Shown one piece after another: positions 11,129 to 20,883 of a DNA stretch of 64,000 nt. The position numbers were made by a program, and so were the translations under genes. The notes beneath the pieces are model-generated. The model did not search any database, was not told the origin of the DNA, and saw only the letters and a list, made by a program, of their open reading frames with translations. The first letter of the stretch is position 1; each line of letters begins with the position of its first letter. The stretch covers positions 224,001 to 288,000 of the forward strand of contig CAVQUB010000032.1 of the NCBI GenBank assembly GCA_963716725.1, written 5' to 3'. This DNA comes from an uncultured delta proteobacterium (GTDB lineage: Bacteria > Myxococcota_A > Polyangia > Polyangiales > Polyangiaceae).

Positions 11129-13204
11129 CTACTTCGCAACCAAGATGCGGGAGCTGCGGGCCGGGACGGTGACGGAGGGCCCGGCGACCGGCGTGCTGGT
11201 CAGCAGGTCGTCGTAGCTGCCGTTGGGCACGCCGCTCACCTGCTGGGCGCCGTCGCCGCGGTTGATCAGCACGTACAGCGTGTCGGCGTTGTGTTGCATC
11301 TTGTACGCGAGCGTCTCGGCAGTCGCGGAGATTGCCGTGCGCGAGCCCCGACGGAGAGCCGGGTGGGCCGCCCGAATCGCCGTGAGCTTCTTGACGTGCG
11401 CGAGCAGCGCGCTCTGCCCGCTCGACAGACTCGTCCACTGCATCGGACGCCGGTTGTCGGGATCGCCGCCGCCCGGCATGCCGATCTCGTCGCCGTAGTA
11501 CAGCAGCGGAACGCCGCGCAACGTGAAGATCAGTGTGTAGGCGTTGGCCAGGCGCTCGAAGGCGCTCTGTCCCGCAGGCAGGCTCGGCAGGTTGCTCCAG
11601 GCCTTGTCCTTGCCGTCGGCCCACTCGTCCCCCCAAATGGGCGAGTCTGCGGCGAAGTGGATCGAGCGGGGCACGTCGTGGTTGCCGATGAAGGTGCTCA
11701 TGATGCCGGCCCCGTAGTAGGTCTCGTTGGAGGCCAAGAAGCCCTCGAGATCGGACATCGGCGTGCTGCGGGTCAAGATGGACGACACCGCCTTGGCGCG
11801 CAGCGGGAAGTCGAACTGGCCGTCGAGCATGGTGCTCGGATCGACGTAGTACTTGATGGTGGCCCGGTCGCCGGTGAAGGTCTCGCCCACCATGTAGAAG
11901 TGCTCGCCGCTCGTCACTTCGATCTCCGACTTCACGCGGGCGCGCAGCTCGGTCACCCATGCGTCTTCGATGTGCTTGACCGCGTCGAGACGGTATCCGT
12001 CGATGCCCGTGTCTTTGATCCACCCGATGGCGTTGTCGATGCTGAACTTGCGGGCGGCCGGCTGGGTGAAGTCGAAGTCGGGCAGGTAGTCCCGGAACCA
12101 GCAGCGCTTGCCGTCGGGGCCCTCCCAGCCGCAGCCCTCGCCGCACACACACTTCTTGCCCCCGAAATCCAGCGGCCAGAACCACTCGGGGTGCTGACTG
12201 AAGACCGGCGATGAGCTGTGCACGTGGTTCATCGCGTAGTCGAGGATGACCCGCATGCCCTTGGCGTGGGCCTCGGACACCAGCGCTTTGAGATCGGCCA
12301 GCGTGCCGAAGTGTTCCTCGACCTTGTCGAGATGCTGGGGCCAGTAGCCGTGGTACGCGCTGTATTGGTGGCCATCCGTGCCCCACCCGGCCTGGTTCGG
12401 GTTGTCCATGGGCGCCGTGAGCCAGAGCACGTTGACGCCGATCTCCGTGAAGTAGCCGTCCTGGATCTTCTGGCGCACGCCGGCGTAGTCGCCGCCGTGG
12501 TAGGCCGCGGGTGGATCCACGCCCGCGATCGGGCTGCCGTTGTTCGCGGTGTCGCCGTCCGAGAAGCGATCCACGAAGACGAAGTACAGGACCGCGTCGC
12601 GCCAGTCGAAGGTGCCCGTCACGGGGGGCACGCAGGTGAAGGTCGCGCACTTCTCGGCGGCTAGCACTGAGTTCTCGCCGCCGACGCCGTCGGGGATCTT
12701 GGTCGGGTTCCCGGGATCAGTCACCCAGCTCGTTCCGTCGATGACGAACTTGTATTGGACCTCGGCGTCGTAGGGGATTTCCACGTTGGCCGTCCAGGTG
12801 CTGCCGGACTTCGTTAGCGGTACGCCGACCGTCCAGCCGTCCGTCGCGAAGCTGCCGCGGAGCTCGACGCTCGTTTCGTTGCCCGCGGCGTAGGCGAACT
12901 CGTGCTGACAGCGCTTGAACGCGTCGTCACACTGCGGCGCGCCGCCGGTGCCGGCTGCGCCGCCGGTGCAATTGCCCGAGCTCGCGCCGGCTCCCGTCGA
13001 GGCCCCTTGGCCGCTGGAAGCACCGTCGCCACCCGATGCCCCGTGCCCCGCCGCGGCACAGCCGCCGACTCCTCCGCCGTCCGCGCCAGAGATGCCGGCG
13101 GTTCCCCCGGTGCCGGGGCCCTGCTTGCGGGGCGCCTCGGCCGTCGCGCAAGCGGCCGCTGCCAGCAACGCCACAACCCCAGCGCCCACCATTGTGCGAA
13201 TCAC
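11129..13204 (-). CDS. GH13 alpha-amylase family lipoprotein with an N-terminal glycogen-binding (CBM48/AMPK-like) module
   Basis: Lipobox AAAC and Gly linker; YKFVIDGTSWVTDP; DRFSDGD; YHGYWP; ILDYAMNH; GYRLDAVKH; VGE; FIGNHDV; YYGDEIG. Confidence 0.92.
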   Translation of the reverse strand: MIRTMVGAGVVALLAAAACATAEAPRKQGPGTGGTAGISGADGGGVGGCAAAGHGASGGDGASSGQGASTGAGASSGNCTGGAAGTGGAPQCDDAFKRCQHEFAYAAGNETSVELRGSFATDGWTVGVPLTKSGSTWTANVEIPYDAEVQYKFVIDGTSWVTDPGNPTKIPDGVGGENSVLAAEKCATFTCVPPVTGTFDWRDAVLYFVFVDRFSDGDTANNGSPIAGVDPPAAYHGGDYAGVRQKIQDGYFTEIGVNVLWLTAPMDNPNQAGWGTDGHQYSAYHGYWPQHLDKVEEHFGTLADLKALVSEAHAKGMRVILDYAMNHVHSSSPVFSQHPEWFWPLDFGGKKCVCGEGCGWEGPDGKRCWFRDYLPDFDFTQPAARKFSIDNAIGWIKDTGIDGYRLDAVKHIEDAWVTELRARVKSEIEVTSGEHFYMVGETFTGDRATIKYYVDPSTMLDGQFDFPLRAKAVSSILTRSTPMSDLEGFLASNETYYGAGIMSTFIGNHDVPRSIHFAADSPIWGDEWADGKDKAWSNLPSLPAGQSAFERLANAYTLIFTLRGVPLLYYGDEIGMPGGGDPDNRRPMQWTSLSSGQSALLAHVKKLTAIRAAHPALRRGSRTAISATAETLAYKMQHNADTLYVLINRGDGAQQVSGVPNGSYDDLLTSTPVAGPSVTVPARSSRILVAK

Positions 13205-13308
13205 GCCCGAGGCCTAGCGTTCGGCGCCTGCTGGCGCAAGCGCGGGCGCCAACGCCAGCGCCAACGCCGATGCAGAGCTGGTGCCAGCGTCGGTCACCGC
13301 GCTGACGC

Positions 13309-13767
13309 TCAGAAGGGCTTGAAGGTCATCAGATAGAGGATCACCAGGATCCCAACGGTCTCGACCCAGGCCAGCACCAGACCCCGGGGTGATCGCAGCA
13401 GGGCTGTGAGCTCGGCTCGATCCGGGGGGTCGCTCTCGGCCGCTCGTCGCAGCGCCTTGAAGTAGGGCACGGCGATGGGAAAAGCCGCGGCAAAGAGCAC
13501 CACGAACAACACGAGCGAGGTCCAGATCCAACCGCTGGACCACCACTTTCCGTGAAAACCTGCGCCGATGCCCCCGAGCAGCAGCAACGTGAACGAACCG
13601 TGCATCACGCCGCGGGTGGAGCGGGACAGATCCAGGTAGGCACGGACGCGGGAGGGGTCGGTCTCCTTGCGGAGCTTGAAGGTGATTGCAGCCGTGGCTC
13701 CGTGCGCTCCGACGAAGCCGAAGGCCCCGAGCAAATGCACGAATCGCTCGATCAAGTACGCGTTCAT
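13309..13767 (-). CDS. DUF2269-like integral membrane protein
   Basis: Four TM segments, FVHLLGA at the N-terminus, W..GWIWTSL, and C-terminal LYLMTFKPF. Confidence 0.7.
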   Translation of the reverse strand: MNAYLIERFVHLLGAFGFVGAHGATAAITFKLRKETDPSRVRAYLDLSRSTRGVMHGSFTLLLLGGIGAGFHGKWWSSGWIWTSLVLFVVLFAAAFPIAVPYFKALRRAAESDPPDRAELTALLRSPRGLVLAWVETVGILVILYLMTFKPF

Positions 13768-13864
13768 CGCGCGGCGGAGCCTAGGGCAAGGGGACCCTCA
13801 CCGGAAGTGCGTCGCTGGCAAGCTCGGTGGGGAAGGTGAGGGCCACTCGGGCGTAGGACCCGCC

Positions 13865-14041
13865 GTGAATTCGGCCAACGCGATGGTATTGGTCGGCGCC
13901 GGGCTGGTGGCGCCGGCCGCCGGTGCGCTCTGGATCCGCACCGCGGGCGATGCTGCGGCCGCGCTTTCGGCAGCGCTACTCTCGGGCCTCGCGGTGCTCC
14001 TGCTCGGTGGTTGGCTCAGCGCCCGGCGGGTCCAGGCCTGA
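13865..14041 (+). CDS. Small hypothetical two-TM protein
   Basis: Hydrophobic 58-aa frame from GTG 13865 filling the intergenic gap. Confidence 0.4.
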   Translation: MNSANAMVLVGAGLVAPAAGALWIRTAGDAAAALSAALLSGLAVLLLGGWLSARRVQA

Positions 14042-14105
14042 AGCGCGCCCCGCGAAGGCGCCCTCGACCCTGGCATTTGCGCGAGTGCCTCGTATGCTGC
14101 GCCGC

Positions 14106-15698
14106 ATGCGACGTGCGGTGTGGGTCCTGGGGATAGCGCTGTCTTCCGTTCAGCTCGCGGTCGCTTGCGGGGGCTCTTCGGACGACGACGGGGGCAGCGG
14201 CGGCAAGGCGACCGGCGGCGCGGCGGGGAGCGGCGGCAGCGCCACGAGCGGGGGAGGCGTGGGCGGCGGAAGCGGCGGAACGAGCCCCAGCGGCGGCGCA
14301 AGCGGCGCGGCCGGTAACGGCGGTTCAGCCGGAGTCGACGCCAGCAGTGGCGGCAGCGACGCGGGCACCGACGCCTCGCCAGACAGCTCGATCGACGCGC
14401 CCGTCGACGCGGTGTCCGACGCCACGGCCACCGAGATCGACTTCGACCCCACGACCATCACAGAGAGCGCGAGCGCCTTCCCCTCGGGGATCCAGGCCGG
14501 AGACGTCACTTGGGGTGGAGCGATGATCTGGACCTACTACGCGGGTACGTCGCCGCTCGTGCTGAGGATCTACAAGGCCGGCACCGCGGGCAAGGTGTCG
14601 CTCTATCATGAGAGCACGGTCACGCCGTCGGCCGACGGTTACGTTCACGTCGACGTGCCGGCGTTGCCGCCGCACAGCGAGCTCTTCTACGTCTTCCTCC
14701 AAGGCGCCGCGCCGGCGTTCAGCGGCCGCAGCGCCGTCGGCCGCCTCGTGACAGCGCCCATGCCGGGCCAGAAACCCATCGCGCGCTTCGGCGGCACCTC
14801 GTGTGCCGACAACTCCAAGGCACCCTTCCCGGCCCTCGAGAAGGCCGGCGCCGAGAAGTTCGACTTCTTCATCCTGGCGGGAGACACGACCTACAACGAC
14901 TCCGCCACCACCCTCAGTCAGTACCGCGCGAAATGGCTGGGTCAGGTCGGGCAATCGACGTATCGCTCGCTGCTGTCGAGCACGGGCAACTTCGCGACCT
15001 GGGACGACCACGAGGTCGCCAACGACTGGAACCCCGAGACCATCGACAAGACGCGCCTCGCCAACGCGACCCAGGCGTTCTTCGAACATCTGCCGGTCCG
15101 AAGGCATACGAGCGAGGCCAATCGGATCTGGCGCAGCGCTTCGTGGGGCGACACGCTGGAGATCTTCGTGCTCGACTCGAGGAGCGAGCGCAAGCCGTCG
15201 ACCGCTTCGGGACCCAACGCGCAGTACCTGTCACCAGCGCAGCTGAGCTGGCTCCAGAGCGGGCTCGTCGCCAGCACGGCGACGTTCAAGATCATCGTCA
15301 CGTCGGTGCCAATCACCAACATGCCGGCGCTCTGGGATCTCTACGCAGCCGATCGCTGGGAGGGCTATCCCGCGCAGCGCAAGAAGCTCCTTGATCACAT
15401 CACCAGCCAGAACATCAAGGGCGTGCTGTTCGTCTCTGGTGACTTTCACCTGGGTGCCTCCGCGGCCGTGGAGCCGAGCGGTCCAGGATCCGCGCTGCGC
15501 GAAGTGTTGATGGGGCCCGCAGGTCAGTCCGGGAACCCCCTCGTCGCCACGCTGCCGGCGTCGCAGTTCGAGTTCAAGACGGGTACCAACAACTACGTGT
15601 CCTTCGTCGCCGATCCCAACGCGTCCCCGCCGACGATCCAGGTGACCTTCATCGACGGGGATGCGAAGAAGCTCTTCGAGAAGACCTACGCGTTCTAG
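14106..15698 (+). CDS. phoD: Alkaline phosphatase D (PhoD) family lipoprotein
   Basis: Lipobox LAVAC and Gly linker; FPSGIQAGDVT; GTSC; LAGDTTYND; TWDDHEVANDW; LDSRSER; DRWEGYPAQR; SGDFH. Confidence 0.88.
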   Translation: MRRAVWVLGIALSSVQLAVACGGSSDDDGGSGGKATGGAAGSGGSATSGGGVGGGSGGTSPSGGASGAAGNGGSAGVDASSGGSDAGTDASPDSSIDAPVDAVSDATATEIDFDPTTITESASAFPSGIQAGDVTWGGAMIWTYYAGTSPLVLRIYKAGTAGKVSLYHESTVTPSADGYVHVDVPALPPHSELFYVFLQGAAPAFSGRSAVGRLVTAPMPGQKPIARFGGTSCADNSKAPFPALEKAGAEKFDFFILAGDTTYNDSATTLSQYRAKWLGQVGQSTYRSLLSSTGNFATWDDHEVANDWNPETIDKTRLANATQAFFEHLPVRRHTSEANRIWRSASWGDTLEIFVLDSRSERKPSTASGPNAQYLSPAQLSWLQSGLVASTATFKIIVTSVPITNMPALWDLYAADRWEGYPAQRKKLLDHITSQNIKGVLFVSGDFHLGASAAVEPSGPGSALREVLMGPAGQSGNPLVATLPASQFEFKTGTNNYVSFVADPNASPPTIQVTFIDGDAKKLFEKTYAF

Positions 15699-15924
15699 CT
15701 GAGCTCAGCGCAGCGGCCGGCCCGCGGAGAAAGTCGAATCCGTGGCCAAGATCGTGATGCCGTCGATCAGCGGCCAGAAGAGGGCCCGTAGCCCGGAGCT
15801 CCTTGTGGCGGACCGTACCCGCCCGGTGGTTGGCCTTGCACCTCCGCAGCCTATCCGAGCGCATGACTGGCGACCCGGACCTTTTTCGGTGACACCGCGC
15901 CTGGTCGAGACGAACCTCCGTCGT

Positions 15925-16542
15925 ATGGCATCCGGGCTGCACCTCGCTCGCCTGCGTTGCACTGCCTGCGGTGAGTGCTGCCGCGTGGTGCATGTTCCGC
16001 TCACCTTCGCTGATCTGTCGCGGCTGTGTCAGGCGCGCGCGCTCGACCCCAACACGGTCATCGAATGGGCCAGCCTCGAAGAGGTGGACTTCAGCGGCGA
16101 GCCGAGCAATCTGGTGCTCTTGCCCCAGGGCTACCGCGTGATGTTCTTGCGTCGGGTAGAAGGCGCGTGTCGCTTCTTGGACCCTGCGTCCCGATGCGCG
16201 GTGCACGAGGCGCGCCCCGCCGCGTGTCGCGCCTACCCGCTGCATGCGAGCTTCTCCAAGCGGGGCGGGCTGGTGCGACTGCGGCTCCTGCGAGGCGTCG
16301 ATTGTCCCTACCAGATGGAGGCGGAGTCGGCGCTCTCGCGGGTGCGTCACGACCACGCCCAGCTCGCACGAGAGCTGCACCAACACTACGCCGCGGTGGC
16401 CACCTGGAATCGGAGCCAGGGGCACCGGCGGCGCCTGGGCAAGCCGCTGGCCTCCGCGACTCAGCTCTTCGCGCGGGTGCTCGGCGCTCCGCCGCAGCCG
16501 CTGGGGACGAACCGCGTCCGAGCCCCGCACCCCGAACCGTAG
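15925..16542 (+). CDS. YkgJ family cysteine-cluster (CxxCxxCC) protein; start uncertain (ORF opens at 15742)
   Basis: CTACGECCR, GACRFLD and RCAVHEARPAACRAYP. Confidence 0.8.
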   Translation: MASGLHLARLRCTACGECCRVVHVPLTFADLSRLCQARALDPNTVIEWASLEEVDFSGEPSNLVLLPQGYRVMFLRRVEGACRFLDPASRCAVHEARPAACRAYPLHASFSKRGGLVRLRLLRGVDCPYQMEAESALSRVRHDHAQLARELHQHYAAVATWNRSQGHRRRLGKPLASATQLFARVLGAPPQPLGTNRVRAPHPEP

Positions 16543-16590
16543 GCGGTTCTCGTTTTGTCAGCCCCCGGCGGCGTGGCAGGCTCGAGGGCC

Positions 16591-17226
16591 ATGTCCGTCG
16601 CAGCCGTCATCGACCGTATCCGACGCCATCGCGCGGTGGCGATCTTGCGAACCAGCGATGAAACGCGGGTGCGGCCCGCGATCGACGCCGCGCGGCGCGG
16701 TGGCTTTTGCAGCATCGAGATCACCCTGAACACGCCGGGGGCCCTCGATGCGATCGCTCGACTTGCCGAAGATCCCGAGGTCTTGGTGGGCGCTGGCACG
16801 GTGCTCGAGGTGGACGACGCGCGACGCGCCGTCGATCATGGCGCGCGCTTCTTGGTGTCGCCGGTGGTCGACGTACAGGTGATCCGCGTGGCGAGCGAGC
16901 TCGGCGCGGTCATGATCCCCGGGGCGTTCACCCCCACCGAGATGCTCGCGGCGCATCGCGCTGGAGCGCCGTTGCAGAAGCTGTTCCCGGCTCCGCCCGA
17001 AGGGCCGGACTACGTTCGCGCTTGCCTCGGCCCGTTGCCCTTCTTGCGCATCATGCCCACCAGTGGCGTGACCCTGGAGAACGCCCGCGCGTTTTTGCAA
17101 GCGGGCGCCTTCGCGGTGGGGTTCGTGCGATCGCTGTTCGACCCCGCCGATCTCGAAGGGTCGCGGTTCGACCGGATCGAAGAGCGCGCCCGCGCCATCA
17201 CCGAGCACCTGCGCGAGGCCCCGTAG
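16591..17226 (+). CDS. eda: KDPG/KHG aldolase
   Basis: AVAILR, IEITL, VGAGTVL, FLVSP, PGAFTPTE, KLFPA and MPTSGV. Confidence 0.9.
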   Translation: MSVAAVIDRIRRHRAVAILRTSDETRVRPAIDAARRGGFCSIEITLNTPGALDAIARLAEDPEVLVGAGTVLEVDDARRAVDHGARFLVSPVVDVQVIRVASELGAVMIPGAFTPTEMLAAHRAGAPLQKLFPAPPEGPDYVRACLGPLPFLRIMPTSGVTLENARAFLQAGAFAVGFVRSLFDPADLEGSRFDRIEERARAITEHLREAP

Positions 17227-18582
17227 TCAGGGTTTGTTCTTCAGAACCCCGCGCACGATCTGGTAGCCGATGCTGAGAGCCAGATCCGAGCCACCGGTCG
17301 GATCGCTCGGAATGTCGCGACTCACGCCCAGATGGGTGCCCGCGCCGGCTTCGCCGGCGCCAGCGTCGGTAGGCACGGCTCCAGCGTCCACCGGCCTGCT
17401 GCCGCTTCCGGGCGCCCCCTCCGCTGGCAGGTGGTTCTCGAGATCCGACTCGCGGATCACGCCGAAGGTCTTGTCGGCGACGTACGCGGCCTCGACCAAC
17501 ACGTCCGGCTCTACGCCTCGCGCCTGAATCGCGCGGCCGTTCGGCGTGTAGTAGCGCATCGTCGTGAGTCGGAGTCCCGCCCGGCCCGGCAGGTCGATCA
17601 GCGTCTGCACCGAGCCCTTGCCGAAGGTCTTGGCGCCGACGACGGTGCCGCGGCGGTTGTCTTGCAAGGCGCCGGCGACGAGCTCCGCGGCGCTCGCGCT
17701 GTATTCGTTGACCAGCACCACGAGGGGTCCCCGGCGCAGCACCCCGCCCGGGCCCGCCTTCACCTCGTCCACCACCCGCTCGCGGTGCCGAGTCGTGAAG
17801 ATGACGCCGTGAACCAGGAACTCGTCGGCGATCGCGGTCGCTTCGTCGACCAGTCCGCCCGGATTGTTGCGCAGGTCGAGGATCACGCCCGACAGTTCGG
17901 AGCCGTTTTCTTTACGCAGCTTCGCGGCGGCCTCGAGCAGCTCGTCGTGGGTGCCCGACTGAAACTGCTTCAAGCGCAGATAGCCGATGCCATCATCGAG
18001 AAGCCTGTGCGCGACGCTCGCCACCTCGATGATCTCGCGAGAGAGCGTGAAGTGCAGGACCGCGTCCTTGCCCGCACGCTTGATGGTGAGCACGACCTTG
18101 GAGCCCGGTGCCCCGCGCATGGTGCGGATGAGGTCGTCCGGACTGCGGTCGGCCACGCTCTTGTTGTCGATGGCTATGATGTGGTCACCGGAGCGGACGC
18201 CCGCGCGCTCCGCGGGTGAACCTTCGATGGGAGCGATCACCATCACGTAGTCGTCGCGGAAGTCGACTTCGACGCCCACCCCGCCGAATTTGCCCTCGGT
18301 GTCGGACTGGAAAATCGACCAGTCCTGCGGCGGCAGGTAGCCTGAATGAGGATCCAGCTCCCCCACCATGCCCTTGATCGCGCCTTCGACGAGGCGCCGT
18401 CGGTCCACGGGCTCGACGTATTCGTTCTCGATCAAGACCAACGCGCGCCCGAGTTGTTCGAGCATGTCGTAGGGGCTCTCGCGGGCGGGGGTGGCCGTCG
18501 CCAAATGAGCCGAGAGCGCGCCCCCGGCAAAGGCGGCGGCGGTCGTGAGCGCAAAGCGGAGCGCGGGTCGGGGCTGAGGCAT
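17227..18582 (-). CDS. ctpA: S41 carboxy-terminal processing protease (PDZ)
   Basis: LDPHSGY, GGVGVEV, ILDLRNNPGG, SASAAELVAGALQD and TFGKGSVQ. Confidence 0.93.
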   Translation of the reverse strand: MPQPRPALRFALTTAAAFAGGALSAHLATATPARESPYDMLEQLGRALVLIENEYVEPVDRRRLVEGAIKGMVGELDPHSGYLPPQDWSIFQSDTEGKFGGVGVEVDFRDDYVMVIAPIEGSPAERAGVRSGDHIIAIDNKSVADRSPDDLIRTMRGAPGSKVVLTIKRAGKDAVLHFTLSREIIEVASVAHRLLDDGIGYLRLKQFQSGTHDELLEAAAKLRKENGSELSGVILDLRNNPGGLVDEATAIADEFLVHGVIFTTRHRERVVDEVKAGPGGVLRRGPLVVLVNEYSASAAELVAGALQDNRRGTVVGAKTFGKGSVQTLIDLPGRAGLRLTTMRYYTPNGRAIQARGVEPDVLVEAAYVADKTFGVIRESDLENHLPAEGAPGSGSRPVDAGAVPTDAGAGEAGAGTHLGVSRDIPSDPTGGSDLALSIGYQIVRGVLKNKP

Positions 18583-18717
18583 GCCAGCGAGGATAGAGCC
18601 CGCGGATGAGGAAATGCCCTGGCCATCTCCTCGCGGCCGGCAGAAAGCGCGGTGCTTCGGCGCTACCCGTTCAAATTCGTTGATTTTATTCGGCTGTGGG
18701 TGCTACTCCCCTAGGAG

Positions 18718-18760
18718 CGTGCTTCTGGTGACACTCCCTTACAGGGCACCAGAGAGCGCG
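18718..18760 (+). promoter_or_regulatory. Structured 5' leader (long hairpin) upstream of the TIGR04563-like gene
   Basis: CGTGCT-TCTGGTG (18718-18730) pairs with CACCAGA-G-AGCGCG (18747-18760), with an inner CCCT/AGGG helix. It follows an AT-rich stretch with TTGATT...TGCTACTCC. Confidence 0.4.
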
Positions 18761-18788
18761 AGACGTTTTTCCCCTACGAGGTCCCAGC

Positions 18789-19001
18789 GTGGCTGACGAG
18801 AACAAGGGCGGCAGCGACAAGCGCAAACAAAGCCTCTATTTCCCCGAGGCGATGTTGCAGGAGATCAAAGACGAGGCCGCGCGGCTCGACCGCTCGCTCT
18901 CTTGGGTCGTCCAACGCGCGTGGAAAATGGCTCGCGTCGAGATCAAGAAGATCCCGAGTGTCAACGACATCGGGGACGAAGAAGACGCCGACGCCGGCTG
19001 A
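18789..19001 (+). CDS. TIGR04563 (MXAN_4361/4362-like) small ribbon-helix-helix-like protein
   Basis: DKRKQSLYFPEAMLQEIKDEAARLDRSLSWVVQRAWK matches the family signature as I recall it. Confidence 0.85.
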   Translation: MADENKGGSDKRKQSLYFPEAMLQEIKDEAARLDRSLSWVVQRAWKMARVEIKKIPSVNDIGDEEDADAG

Positions 19002-19875
19002 GACTCGGGTCACCGAGTCCGCGGCGCTGGGTTCGGACGGAACGCGCCTGTACGTGCGTCGCCGTGGCGGCCCCGGAGCAACCACGTTGCTCCTGTCCGA
19101 CGGCATCTGCTGCGACGGTTTCATCTACAAATATCTCTGGGACGACCTGGCGCGAGTTGGGCCGGTCGCACATTGGAACTACCGGGGCCACGGGCGTAGC
19201 GCGAACCCAGCCGACTCCGAGCAGATCGGGGTCCGGGCTCACGTTGCGGATCTCGACGCAGTTCGCCGCCACCTCGGGGATCCGCCGGTGGTGCTCGTCG
19301 GGCACTCGTTCGGCACTCAGGTTTCGCTCGAAGCATACCGGCTCCGGCCGGAGGGCATCCGCGGCATAGTGCTGCTCTGCGGCAGCTATGGCCGAGTGAC
19401 GCACACGTTCAAGAACAGCGACGTGTTGGCCAATGTCTTGCCGAAGCTCTCGGAGCTCGCGACCAAGCACCCCCGCCTCACTCGAGCGCTCTGGTCACGG
19501 GTGCCGCCCAAGACCGCCTTGCGGGTCGCGCTCTTCACCGGCGACATCGATCCGCGCACCGTCAACCCAGCGGACGTCGAGCCCTATTTCCACCACGCCG
19601 CTCACGTGGATTTCCCCATGTTTGCGCGCATGCTCGCCGCAGCGGGCGAGCACTCCGCAGAAGATGTGCTGCCGACCGTTGACGTTCCGGTGCTGGTCAT
19701 CGCCGGCGATCGCGACTCCTTCACGCCGCCGGACCTTTCCCGCACCATGGTCGAGGCCATGCCGAGGGCCGAACTCGTCATGCTTTCCGGCGGCACACAC
19801 GTCGCGCCGCTCGAGCACCACGAGCTGGTGAGCCTGCGCATCGAGAAGTTCTTGACGGACCACGGACTGGCATGA
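18958..19875 (+). CDS. Alpha/beta fold hydrolase (start uncertain)
   Basis: WNYRGHGRS, nucleophile GHSFG, IAGDRD and GTHVAPLE. Confidence 0.88.
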   Translation: MSTTSGTKKTPTPAETRVTESAALGSDGTRLYVRRRGGPGATTLLLSDGICCDGFIYKYLWDDLARVGPVAHWNYRGHGRSANPADSEQIGVRAHVADLDAVRRHLGDPPVVLVGHSFGTQVSLEAYRLRPEGIRGIVLLCGSYGRVTHTFKNSDVLANVLPKLSELATKHPRLTRALWSRVPPKTALRVALFTGDIDPRTVNPADVEPYFHHAAHVDFPMFARMLAAAGEHSAEDVLPTVDVPVLVIAGDRDSFTPPDLSRTMVEAMPRAELVMLSGGTHVAPLEHHELVSLRIEKFLTDHGLA

Positions 19876-20873
19876 GGGCGCTCGCCTGGGGTCTCCTGGC
19901 TGTGGGCGCAGTAGCCTGCAAGGGCCCCGCCCCCAGCGCTTCGGACAACAGCAGCGCCGCTGCGCCGCCGGAGCCGCCGTTGGCCAAGGCTTCGGCGAGC
20001 TCCCCAGCGCCAGTTGCGAGCGTCGAGACCGCGCCTGCTCCTCGACTTTCTCTGGAGGGGACCGTGGCGACGGGCAAGCTGCTGAAGCTCGCTCACGAGA
20101 GCGACGGCTGGGTCGGCGAGCTCGAGCGAAGGCCTCCGGCGCGAGTCTGGGTGTCGGTGGCGACCAAGCAGCAACCGCTAGTGCCACGCGGGCGTGCCGC
20201 GCACGCGCTCATCGCGGAAATCGTGGCTCCAGGGGTGGTGGCTCCGACAGCGCTGCGCGCCATGACGGTCGCGGAGCTGAGCCAGGCGTCGGACGCGGCG
20301 GCGAAGAAGCGACTCGAACGCGAGGCTCGAGTGCTGGCCAATGGCACGGTCGAGGTCACCTTGACCCTGGCGCCGGCCCCGGCGCTGACTCGCGTGGAGC
20401 TGACCTCGAACGACGAGGCATCGGTGGTTCGGACCTGGGAACGCCTGCTCGGTGCTCGAGAGACAATCCCCGACGGCGAACGCCTGGGGCTCGCGCAATA
20501 CCAAGCGCTGTTGGCCATCGATCACATTTCGGGCAATGCGGCTCGCGTCGGCGTGTTTCGGCACGACAAGACCGGACGCATCACCGCAGCGGAGGGCAAC
20601 GAGGCGTTCTCGCCGACGCCGCGCGAAGGGGCGCTGAACGAAGCGCTGGCTCGGCTCTCGCGTCACATGACCTACTCCAAGTCGCTGGACGACCGCCTGG
20701 CGAGGCTCGATCGCGAGAGCCTCGAACGAGCGCTTGGCTTCGGGAGCCCGCCGAGCCTGCTAGTCACGCCGAAGCAGCTGGAAGAGTGCCTCGATCGGGC
20801 CCAGAACATCCGACGCCTGATCGCCGAGCGGGTGAAGAAGCGCGGCGCGGACAAGGCGCTCGCGCTGCCTTGA
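19872..20873 (+). CDS. Hypothetical lipoprotein, possible degenerate Fam20/Four-jointed-like kinase fold
   Basis: Lipobox AVAC; segments VVAPTALR, IDHISGNAAR, AEGNEAF and YSKSLDDRLARL. Confidence 0.5.
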   Translation: MRALAWGLLAVGAVACKGPAPSASDNSSAAAPPEPPLAKASASSPAPVASVETAPAPRLSLEGTVATGKLLKLAHESDGWVGELERRPPARVWVSVATKQQPLVPRGRAAHALIAEIVAPGVVAPTALRAMTVAELSQASDAAAKKRLEREARVLANGTVEVTLTLAPAPALTRVELTSNDEASVVRTWERLLGARETIPDGERLGLAQYQALLAIDHISGNAARVGVFRHDKTGRITAAEGNEAFSPTPREGALNEALARLSRHMTYSKSLDDRLARLDRESLERALGFGSPPSLLVTPKQLEECLDRAQNIRRLIAERVKKRGADKALALP

Positions 20874-20883
20874 GCCGAGCGTT

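Noticed and set aside
13245..13270. Short GCGCCAACGCC repeats in the amylase/DUF2269 intergenic region
   Set aside because: Only two or three short low-complexity copies, expected at this GC content.
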